64,000 nucleotides of DNA from Paramoeba atlantica (taxonomy: Eukaryota > Protista > Discosea): NCBI GenBank assembly GCA_977017575.1, contig CDRNVI010000143.1:310001-374000 (forward strand), given 5' to 3'. The notes below the pieces were generated by a model. It made no database searches. It saw only the letters and a program-made list of their open reading frames with translations, and was not told where the DNA came from. Positions 40,587 through 51,434 of this stretch are shown here, piece by piece (position 1 is the first letter of the stretch; every line of letters starts with the position of its first letter). Both the position numbers and the translations under genes were made by a program.

Positions 40587-40905
40587 GATTATATGTTGCT
40601 TTTAACAAAAAGATGAAGACCATCTTTGCTTCAAGTTAACAGCTCTGTCAGGTCTGTTTGAATGAGTGTATAGTGGTGTGGTTCTACAAATTGACTTCTA
40701 GTTGAATGTTTGTTTAGAAAGAAACCATATTTTTTTGGAAATGAACATCATATAATTGGTTGAGGGGAGACTAGAGTGATATTTTTTCTTGAAATTGTCA
40801 AGGGAAAGTTCCATCCTCTTGAAATTCCTGAAATGGGCTTGTTCAAGTTTCAACCTCTATCAGGTTTTGGAGTGAAAACTGTTGGTTTAATGCTTTACAT
40901 GAGAG
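40585..40905 (+). mobile_element. piggyBac transposase fragment, heavily mutated second copy
   Basis: Nucleotide-level match to the reverse complement of about 44630-44900 (ETRVIFFLEIV, KFQP, KTVGLML). Confidence 0.85.
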
Positions 40906-43549
40906 TGAGCTTAAGCTGCACTTGCAATCATAGTGTTTTTAGAATTGAAGTGACTTCAAATATTCCTTTTGAGCCTTCAAAAAAAAATCTGATGTTATAT
41001 CCATATGTTCACTCTTGTGGTCTCTTTTCTGATTTGTTTGTTTTTTGGTTGAATGAAGATGGTGAAGGTTGAAGAAATGGAACAAAAAAGAAAAAGAAAA
41101 AGGAAAAAAAGTGTGTGTTTATTATTCTTTTGATGATTGGATTGTTTGATTTGAAAGAAAAGGTTATGCATAGAAGTTGAAGGTGATGATGTTGTGAAAG
41201 GGAAAAAAAGAACCTGTTTTGTCAATTGATCCAAACAGAAACTCTTTCACCAGAGACTCCCATTCCTGGATGTATTCTCAGTGATCTTGACTTGACACTG
41301 ATTGTTTGAAGAAACTCTGATTCAAATTCTTCTTCTTCTTCTTCTTCTTCATTGTCTGGGTCAATGCAACCTGATGTAAGCTCATGAAGAAAACACTGAT
41401 CACAGTAGTCTTCAGTGTCTTTGGCTGAACATTGGAAAACTTTTGAAAGTGAAAGGAATTGACCAGAGACACAACACTTGGTCCTCCCTCATTTCAACTT
41501 ATGGCAACATATAGCTTTTGAAATGTTCTCAAGTAATTGCATGAACCTGGTCCAGTGGTTTGCTCAATCTGACCAAACCCCTCCACCACCCAAAAGGAAA
41601 AGAGAAGAGGAAATCAACCTCCAAGCAGCAAAGAAGCAAATGCTGACACAACTCAATGAAATGATTGAGAATTGTAAGGACCTTGATGAACTCAAAAGAA
41701 AATTGGACAAACAAAAATGATCCAACTGTTATTGTTCATCATGAGCAAGATAACAGTTTCACTCTCCATTGGAGATCTGGAAAGAGATTTATTTTGAAAC
41801 TTTGCTCCCCTGCTCAAACCAAACAAGAGTCATCAGAAAACATGAGTCAACTTGCTTCCTCAACAAACAGTCATCATTTTGGGTCTGAGGTGTTGCATGG
41901 GTCAACTTGTTCTCCAGTGTGCACTCCAAGAGCCCATGTCACTCAAGGCTTCAGCATTGGCCAAAACACTGAGTATGCAATTGATAGGTCAACTTTGTAT
42001 AAGACATTTGTTAATGCATTGATGGGTCAACTTTCAATTTCAGTCTCAAACACCAGGCCACTCAAGTGGTGATGCTCTCACTGAACCTTATCTGGAATGG
42101 AGGAGGATGTTGAGTGCACACACCCATGCCAAAACCAAATGTAGGGCACAAAAGAGTCACCCAAAAGATTAATGCTTTATCTGAGCAAGACTTAGTTTGA
42201 ATAACTGATGAACAAACTCCTAAGAAGAGGGGTAAGGACAAGCAGAGATATTGGAGAGGAGACAAAGCAATAGACCTGAATTGAACAAATGGCTGATTCA
42301 TTTTGTAAACAAATGAGAAATCTTCTCTTGAATGAAATATTACCAGAATCAAAAATAGAAGCAAAGAATAATCAATTTTGAATTTCCAATTCTGTGTTCA
42401 CAAGTTCATCTTGCATGATCTGACATCTTTAAAGTAAATTAAAAACCAGAGGAGAAGAAGGCAAAGAAGAAGGAAGGGGTAAGACAAGAGTGGATGAGGG
42501 GCAAAATGGGGCACACAGAAGATGGACAAAAAGCACACACATCATCAGAAGGAATGCAATATCTCAAAAGATATCCTTGATCAAAGAATCTAAGCACTTT
42601 CTGCACATAAAAAGCACTCTTGTACCTCATCATTGTAGTCACCATGATCAAATTCATGCAACATGGTGTGGAAGACCAGCTTGTGGAATTAATGAAGGGA
42701 ATAGGGGGAAATGGAGAAAGAGAATTTAGGGCTTGAGAAAAAAATAAAAGAGAGAGAGAGACACATGAGAATGGAAAGGATGAGAAAGTGAAATTTGATT
42801 TAGGAGAAATCTTCAATCCTATCAACAAGAACAGAAGAAAATGATTCTCTAACACCAACTTTAGGAAATCCAAGGATCTTGAGAGGTGGACATTATCAAA
42901 TGAGGAGGTTCAAGGAGATTTCAAAGAAAGTGATGAAGAAATATGAACCCAAGAGGAGCAGACTAGTAATGCCAATCAGCTCAGTTGGCCAAAAGGATGA
43001 ATATTTCCCCCCTTGATAAGGGTCACTGAGATCCTCAGGGGATGCAAGGGGGGGTCTGAATATTGAGACCTTTTGTCAAGCCACCTTTTGGGCAGTTAAG
43101 AGGAAGCAGCCAAGAACCTATTTGAATGTTGAATTGGCCCAATTGGTTCAGATTGCAATCAGAAAGAAAAGAAGATGGAAGATTGAGATCAAGATAAATA
43201 AGGGGGGGGGTTTTGGAGTTGGCTTGAGAAACTCTACTTTAAAAGGGGAAGAGACCAAAACCAAGGATAATCAAGAGGGATAAACAATGGAAAAGAAGGC
43301 CAGAGAAAGTACTCAAGAAGTATGCAAAGGAACAGGACAAAGAGGAGACTTCACCAACAGCAGCATCTCCAGCCTTTTTGTACCAAAGAGAAAGATTGAT
43401 CTGAGATATGTGAACCACACAGCACAAAAACTGTGAGACTCTGGGAGAAATGTTTCACCATCTTCCAAAAGAAAAGAAAAAATTAGAAAAAAAGAAAAAA
43501 CCAGAAAAACCAGAAAAAAAACAAATAAAATTGTTAAACTCTCCAGAAA

Positions 43550-45997
43550 ATCAGGTTCCTTCCAGGCCAAAAGACTAATTAGGTCCCTATTTTTGACTCT
43601 TTTTTTGAAGCCACTGGTGGGTGGAGGGGAGATTTTTTTTGATAAACTTTTTAATAAAGATCTTTTAAACAAGAATATCAAGAAATATTTGTCCAAATAT
43701 TGTTTTTTGAAAAAAAAAATTGAGTCACCAAAAAAAAAAAAACATTATTTTTCAAAAGGACTAATTAGTCCTCAGTCATGTGTCTGCTCATATGGTCAGC
43801 AAAGCAACCTGAACAAAAAATGAGTGTTTGATCACAGGAGCAATAGGTTCGAACTTTCTTTGTACAATTTGTCCCATTTGCATCTACTCTTCTGGTACTC
43901 TTGTCTGGCTTCAGTCCAATTACCATTTCACCAAACTCCAGCAAAGTTGGGCTTGATCATCAGATGATGTTCTACATGAGTTGGGAGTGGTATTCGCAGG
44001 TTATAGCCTTCATCCAAGGGATGATTCTGAGAGAGTAGACCTTGGGCAACCTCAAAACGAAATTCTGCAAAGGAGAGCTCTTTGGCTTGAGGGAAAAAGT
44101 GCTGAAATATGAGGAAGGCATTGACTTCCACAACTACAAGAATGAAAGCAAACTGCCTGTGGACCCATTTTTTGGTCTTCCAGGAACTCTCCAAGGAGAG
44201 AGAACCTTGCCTCAGTTGGTTGTGATCATCCACATAATGCCTGGTTTGATAGTAAAAGTCAAGAGGCTGAGTATATCACAGGGAGAGTCTTTGGCCTTCA
44301 AGCTTGCGATTTCATGGGCAACCAGTGGGAAAAGAAGTTTCCCAGGTATTAATCATTATAGAAGAGTGATGAACATCTTGGAAAGCCTCCACATAGAATT
44401 TATAACCTCTCAGAGATCCTTTCTTCACTTTCACACATAACCAGGTTCCTTCTCCTTGAGGTGTGCAACAATCTCTTCCCCTGGAATTCCTTTGGGCCAA
44501 TATCGTTTTTTCTTTACAACTGAAGTACAATACAATCCCTTCTCAAAGAAGTTGAATACAACCTTCCAACACACAAAAACCACTATCCAAAGCAACTACT
44601 CAACCAGTCCCCCAAATTCCCTCAGTCATTCTAAGCATTAAACCAACAGTTTTCGCTCCAGAACCAGATGGAGGTTGAAACTTGGGCAGGCCCATTTCAG
44701 GAGGATGGGACTTTCCTTCCACAATTTCAAGAAAGAATATCACTCTAGTCTCCCCACAACCAATTGTATGATATTCATTTCCAAAAGGATGAGGTTCCCT
44801 TTGAACAAACATCCAACCAGGAGCCCATTTACAGAACCACACCACCATAGACTCATCCAGACAGACCTGCCAACTTGGAACAAAGATGGTCTTCATCTTC
44901 TCATTAAAAGCAGCAATCAGGGGTCGAATTTCCCACATACGGTCTGTGTAAGAGGGTTTTGCAGAGAGAGGTAAGGCAGTGTACCATGCAAGGAAGATCC
45001 AGCTGAATCCTTTGAAATTCGAAAAAAATCCCTTCTTTTATGTCCTGGGTAGAAAGACATAATCTGGCACAAGGCAATAAAATCAAGCATTTCAGCTTCA
45101 GTGAAGTTCAAAGAATGGTTAAACTCATTTTTGTTGCTTTCAGCACATCAGTTTTTAGAAAGGTTAGAGGCAGAACTTGGAGAAAAATATCGAGGGGAGT
45201 GGGGACATAAACAGCATCAAAGCGAATTCTTGTACAGGCCTTGAAGTCTTGTGCTCCTATCACAGCACGAGCATCAGTTGTTGAGGAAGACCACTCAGAA
45301 ACACAAAGGAAAGATCATTTTCAACGAGTTCTGCTGCATTGTCTTCCCCTTCCTCCTCAATATCAGAGCAAGATTCAGTATCTTCATCATCAGTATCAGA
45401 TGAGCCCAAAACAGGCACAAAGGTTGTTGATGCCTGGGATGAACCAGAACTTGATCCTCCTGAGCCAGAAGAGGATGATGAAGATGAAGATGGATGAGTT
45501 GAAGTCCCACAACCCTCTGAGACATCCGCTTCTCCAACAAACTTCAAATTTTCAGGGAGAGCCAGAAGGTAATCATTCTGGAAGACAGGAGAATGAAGCA
45601 AAACTACCATCTGAGATTTCCTGTCATAGTTCTGAAGTTCCACCCTTTTCACCCTGAGTGAAGAGAGAGATGCTCCTTGATATTGGTCACCAAAATGTTT
45701 CCTTAGAAGATGAGAAGGGCAAAGGTTCACAGCTTTGCAGAACCAAATAGTATCCTCCTTCAATTCTTCAATTCTTGGAGAAGTTGATCCAGAACTCATT
45801 TTTCTCACCACTGTAACTTTTTTCATTCAGACTTTCTGAGAAAGGCATTGTGATGAAAATCAAGAAAAAACCTCAAAGAAACACAAAAGAAAGTCAAAAA
45901 AAAAAAAAAGTTCAAAAATGTGCTTTATTTTGGCCAACAAACAGGAGCCTAATTAGGCCCAAAAAGACTAATTAGGCCCCCCTGGAAGGAACCCGAT
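43550..45997 (-). mobile_element. piggyBac-like DNA transposon, full length but disrupted
   Basis: 17-bp inverted repeats ATC(A/G)GGTTCCTTCCAGG at 43550-43566 and 45981-45997; TTAA at 43534 and 46007. Transposase motifs CLDESMV, ALDSGF, YVDDHN, VEVNA and C-terminal RTYCSC...CSGC...H. Confidence 0.88.
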
Positions 45998-46320
45998 ATA
46001 ATATTGTTAACCAAAATAAACCTGATCAAATTGTGCAATATCTTGATGCAATAAATGAGGAAATATATAATATATTTGTTCTCATTCTCACTTCTAATCT
46101 AAGAGAAGGAAAGAAAAGATTGAAGAAGAGATAAAAAAAAATGAAAAAATTCACTATGTGAGAATTGAACCTGTTAGATGAATAGATGGTTCTTCCCCTT
46201 CTCCTTATTCTCCTGAGGTTTGAAAAAGAAGTTTTTCAATCCCCCTCCTTTGAAACAAAAATAGAAGACATTATTTGAAAAATAACTTTCTTCAAAAGAA
46301 CAATGAACCCCCAGAATTTT

Positions 46321-46368
46321 CATACTCTCTGGGTGCTAATTTGAAAATTTGTACCCAGAGAGAGTATA
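46321..46368. repeat. Short hairpin repeat family, copy 3
   Basis: CATACTCTCTGGGT...ACCCAGAGAGAGTAT. Confidence 0.8.
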
Positions 46369-48351
46369 AGTCTTCTTGCTTGAGGTCATTTGAGTTTTGC
46401 TTGTATTGCCACTGAACAAGGAAAGAACCAAAATAGTCACTTCTTCAAAAAAGATCAAAAGAAATGAGTTCTCTGTTCAAAAAAAAAATGTGAAAAAGGA
46501 GGTGAAAAGAAAAGATAAAGAAGATAAAAACTAGTAAGAAAAAGAAAGAAAAAAGAACCTTGTGTCCTTACCTCTCACAGCTTAATAGATGGTCTCCCTG
46601 ATCCAGTGTCCCTTCAAGGTAAAATGATTCCCATTTCTCTCAAAGTTTTTGTTTCTCAAAAGACAAAGGGAATGCCAAATCAAAGAAAGGTCCCAACATT
46701 GAACTGGGGTGAGTTATAAAATAATTAAAGAAATAATTGATATTCTCAAGGATCCACCAGGTCTAATCCTCTTAAATAACATCAAAGAAATAATAGTGTT
46801 GTTTGAACAATATCAAAAGAACTATTTAACTTGTTCATATATAAAACTCCTTCCAATCCATTCAATTTGTTTTGCCTTTCTCAATCTTGGATATTAATCA
46901 CAAGCACAAAGTGGAGACATTATCATCACAACAAGACACTCCCTCAACAGGTATTCAACAAAACCAAATAACCCATAACCCAAATATCCAACCAAGAAAC
47001 AACCACCTCTAAAAACCACCAACAAATAACAAACAACAAAACAATAAAACAACAATCCCCCCACAAACAATGCACAATACTCCAGGAACAACAAAACACA
47101 AAATAAAGAAGGGGGGAAAACCTGGTGTGATAACAAGGACAAAACAATAGTGGTGACAACAACTTGCACAGCAGAAAGTGCCTTTGGTGAGAAGGTGGAA
47201 AATCAGAAAGGTGCCAAGTGTATTTTTCTACCCCATCATGAATTCTCCATTATTGTTTGTGTTAAAAACCACCCACTTCCACTCCCTTCATTCAAAAAGA
47301 AAGTCAATCAAAAAATTCAAAATAAAAAACAAAAGGAAAGGGGAAGGAGGAAAGGGAAAAAAAGAAAAAGAAGGAAAAGAGGGGGAAAAACAAAAGAGAT
47401 AAGAAGAAAAAAGGTAAAAAAGGGAGAAAAAGGGGAAAGATAAGAAAGAAACAGGAAGAAAAGAAGAAAAAACCTCTGATTGAAAGCAGATCAATCAAAG
47501 AAAAGAACCCTTTTCAATGTAATTCCACTCTTTTCTGATAAGAATGGAAAATGTGGAACACTTTTGTCTCTGTTCTAAAATAAAAGATTAAACAAAAGAA
47601 AAGGAAGGAAGAAAAAAAAAGAAAGAAAAAAAAAAGAGAAAAAACAAAGAAAAAAGAGAAGAAAAAAAAGAAAGAAAAAAAACAAGAAAAAAGAAGAAAA
47701 AAAAAGAAAAAAAAGAACCTTGTCTGGTGGGATCTCAAGTCTCCCTGACTCCCTAACTCCTCAACTCCTCTCTCTCTCTCTCTTTCTCTCTCTCAGCGAG
47801 AATTGAATCATCTTCTGGGATATTCCAATTCTTTGAGGGTCCCAAATCGCTGAAAAATGTCAAAGAAGAAAAAAGAGTTGTTTGAACAAATCAAAAGGAC
47901 TTTTTAATTTGTTCATAAAACTCCAAAAACATCACCACAAAATCCCTTCAATTGTTCTGTCTTTCTTGTTTTTTGATTATATTGTCATCTAACAGAAAAA
48001 GAAAAAAAGAAAAGAAAGAAAAATTAGTTTTCCAATTAAAAAAAAACAAAGAAAAACAAAGAAAAGAAAAAAAACACATCACAAAACACCCAACAAAAGA
48101 AAGGTTTTTGATCTTAAGAAAAAGAGAACGAAAAAAGAAAGAAAAAGAAAAAGAAAAAAGAAAAAATACAGTTGAACAAGATTCATGAGTTGAGTGGTCA
48201 TGTGAATGAATTCTTACTGAAATACCTACAAAGAGAAAAGAAAGAAAGAAAAAAGAAAGAAAAAAGAAAGAAAGAAGAGGGAAAGAAAGAAAGAAAGAGA
48301 GGAGAGGGAAAGAAAAGAAATAAAAAAAAAATATTATGAAAGGGAGAGAGA

Positions 48352-48387
<36 letters not shown>

Positions 48388-49466
48388 AAGAGAGGGAGAG
48401 AAGAAAAAGAGAAAGAGAGAGAAAAGTGAGAGAGAAAAGTGAGAGAGAAAGAAAGAAAAGAAAAAAAATCATCAAAACAGTATAATTTATTCAAAAAATA
48501 ATCAGAAGAAAAAAAAGAAAAGAAAGAAAAAGAAAAAAGAAAAGAAAAAGAAAAGAAAAACATTTGAAGAAGATCAGAGAGTTGTGCAAAATTAATTCAA
48601 CAGGCATTGCCCACTGAGATAGTTGTCCACCAAAAGCCTTTTTTAACAAATAATAGAGAGAAGAGAGAGAGAAAGAAAAAGCGGAAGAGAAAGAGAAAGA
48701 GAAGAGGAGAGGAGAGAGAGAGGAGAGAAGGAAAGAAGGAGAGAAGGAGAGAAGGAGAGAATGAGAAAGAGAGAGAAGAAGAAGAAGAGAAGCAAACAGA
48801 GGCCACCCTCCTCTCCCATTCTCTCTCCTCCCCCCCCAAGAACCCCCTCCCCCCTTAAACACACACACACTCTCTCTCTCTGGAACCTTTTCGCTTCCTC
48901 CCTCTCCTCCCTCTCCTTCTTCCCCTCCCTCTTTCGTGAGCCAACAAAAAAAAAAACCATCCGGACCCAAAATAGAGGTCCATCATTTCCTGTTTCAGTT
49001 TTTTTTGTGGGTTTGTGGTTTTTTCTCCTTTTCTCTTTTTCTCTTTTTCTCAGTTATTTTTCTCTTTTCTTTTGGTGGTTGTATCTCTTTCTTTCTGTTT
49101 TTTTTTTACATCCTTTTCTTTTCCTTTACTTCTTTCTTCTTCAAGACCATCACTCTCTCTCTTTCCTTGATTTGTTTTTTGTTTTTTGTTTTTCATTTTC
49201 TGTTTTATGTTTTTCCTTTCAGTCCTGCTCCTTTTATTTTAGATTAAAACAAGTTTTTTCTTCTGAGAAAAGAGAGTTGAAACAAGAAGAGAGATCACAA
49301 AGAAATTTTTTGACAAACCTTTGTCCAAAAACAAAATTGAGGTTTTTTCTTTTCTCTCTTCTTTTCCTCTCTTTTTTCTTTTCTCTTCTCTCTTCTCTTT
49401 TCTTTTTTGTTGATTTTGGATAATTGGATTGATAAAAAGGAGAAAAAAAAGAAAAGAAAAGAAAAT

Positions 49467-49586
49467 GTCTTTGGTCATACCCAGTTGAAAGCACCTGATC
49501 CCATCAGAACTCGGAAGTTAAGCAGCTGTGGGCTTGGTTAGTAGAATGGTGGGTGATCACATTCAAATCCTGAGTGCTGAAGACCT
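49467..49586 (+). pseudogene. 5S rRNA pseudogene or variant
   Basis: Six substitutions versus 23687-23806, all C>T or G>A, five at CpG. Confidence 0.85.
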
Positions 49587-49725
49587 TCTCTTTTTTTCTT
49601 CTTTTTCTTTTTCTACTCTTTTTTTTTTTTTCAAAATTTTAAAATTCTCTTTTTTTCTCTTCTCCTTCCCCCCCCCTTGTTCTTCCATTTTTGTTTTCCA
49701 TTGTGATTGTGGGTATTTGTTTTTT

Positions 49726-49771
49726 CATACTCTCTGGGTTCAAATTTTCAGATTCACATCCAGAGAGTATG
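49726..49771. repeat. Short hairpin repeat family, copy 4
   Basis: CATACTCTCTGGGT...ATCCAGAGAGTATG. Confidence 0.8.
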
Positions 49772-50606
49772 CAAAAATCCAAATGAAAAAAACACAAAAA
49801 CATTGTCCTCCCAGATGAAATCTTCCAAAAGGGAAAAAGAGAGGAACCAAAAAAAGAATTACCAGAGAAAAGACAAAGGGAAAACAGCAGTGAGAAAAAA
49901 AAGAAAAAAAAGACAAGACAAAAAAAGGGAAAGACAAAAGAAAGAAAAGAAAAAAGGAGGAAAAAAACAGATGAGAAAAAAGAAAAAAAGAAAACCCAAG
50001 AAAAGAAAGAAAAAAAAAGAAAACTCAAAAAAGGGAGACAAAGGAAAAGAGAAGAGAAGGAGGAAAAAACCTCTCTTTTTGATCAGCCAGAACACCCCTC
50101 TCCTCTCCCCTCTCCCTTGAAACATCCCCCCCCCCCCCAACCCCTCCTCAAAAAATTATGGTCATGACATTTGTGGTTGATATCACCATCCCTTTTGCCC
50201 CCCCTCCCCCTCCCCTCCCTTTGCATTCGAACACACCCCACCAATGTGTGAACAGAAAAAGGCAGTTGTTCAAGTTAGTTTGGAAGCTCCCTCAACTGAG
50301 GTCACATCAAGTGGAAAAGAGAATGAAAGAAAGGAAAAAAAGAGAGGGAGGGGGAACTGAAGAAGTCGAAAGAAGAAAACTGAAGAGGGTGAAGAGGAGA
50401 GAACAAGAATTGCCATATTAAGACTGTCTTAAGACTGTTTTATTTGGAGATTTTATGAACTTGATTCAGTGCCAATATTTATACTTAAATCCATCAATGT
50501 CACACTGAAGGTATCTTCCAAATAAAACAGTGTGAAACCATTCAGTATCTTTTTCTTCCTCTTGTTTCTGAAAGTTGTAGAAGAGTTTGCTCACATTTTT
50601 CTCAGG

Positions 50607-51434
50607 ATGGCAGCAACTAAAAAGAAGGGAGGAAAATCAACTCAAGATCAGATGGAAATGATGAAACAGTTACAAAGTTCTCTGTTGGAAGTTACCCGTA
50701 CAATCGCCGATTTGAAAAACGCCCAAGAGTCAGAAACTCACGTGAGAAAAGAGAGAGAAGCAAAAGAAGATGAACAGAGAGAAGAGAGGGAAAGAGAACC
50801 TCAAATAATACAAGTTATTGAAAAGAGAGACAACCCTGATTTCGAACGAAAATGGGGCAAGATGATTTCGATGCTTAACCCCGACACTTTTCTTGACGAG
50901 GTCGGTGGTGGCGAATGCGACCTCCCACATGGCCCTTGGGAGGTAATGTATTCAGACTCAGAAAAGTCTACTATCGAAAAGAAATCGCTCTTGAGGGTCC
51001 AAGTCCCAGTATTGCGAGAGGCTACTTGGGACCTGGTGAAAGCTGACCCTTCACTGAAGGCTAATGCTGAGGCTGTGAAAGCGGCTATGCAGGCTGACAA
51101 AGGAATCTTCAACACCTGGCTCCATTGTATTGACGAGCTCAAACCTTTGTTTGAAGAAGATTCTGGCAGTGAAGTGGATATTTCAAAGCTTAGAACCCGG
51201 ATGAATCGTCTCTCTACACTGTTATTGATGAATATGTCCAAACATCATACTGCTTTTGTAAACCAGGGGCGCAAAGCTATGAAGACTAATTTGATAACTC
51301 ATCAGGAAAAGATTTACGCTGATGCTGAAGGGGAGAGACTGATTGAAGAATTTCATCATAACAAATCCTTGGCTGAAGCGATAGTTACAGGTGTTACAGC
51401 CTTTTCGAAAAGAGGTGCTCGGGGGAATGGCTGA
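50607..51434 (+). CDS. DIRS gag-like ORF1
   Basis: Open 275-codon ORF from ATG 50607 immediately inside the left ITR; N-terminal coiled coil; overlaps the pol start. Confidence 0.7.
   Translation: MAATKKKGGKSTQDQMEMMKQLQSSLLEVTRTIADLKNAQESETHVRKEREAKEDEQREEREREPQIIQVIEKRDNPDFERKWGKMISMLNPDTFLDEVGGGECDLPHGPWEVMYSDSEKSTIEKKSLLRVQVPVLREATWDLVKADPSLKANAEAVKAAMQADKGIFNTWLHCIDELKPLFEEDSGSEVDISKLRTRMNRLSTLLLMNMSKHHTAFVNQGRKAMKTNLITHQEKIYADAEGERLIEEFHHNKSLAEAIVTGVTAFSKRGARGNG

Noticed and set aside
42400-43250. Possible second non-LTR RT relic on the + strand (EKSSILST, KGGLNI)
   Set aside because: No recognisable QG or DD motif; too degenerate to call.
47883-47914. TGAACAAAT...ATTTGTTCA inverted repeat as a third att-like site
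   Set aside because: The arms are in the opposite order with a longer spacer, and the flanking 52-bp similarity is absent.
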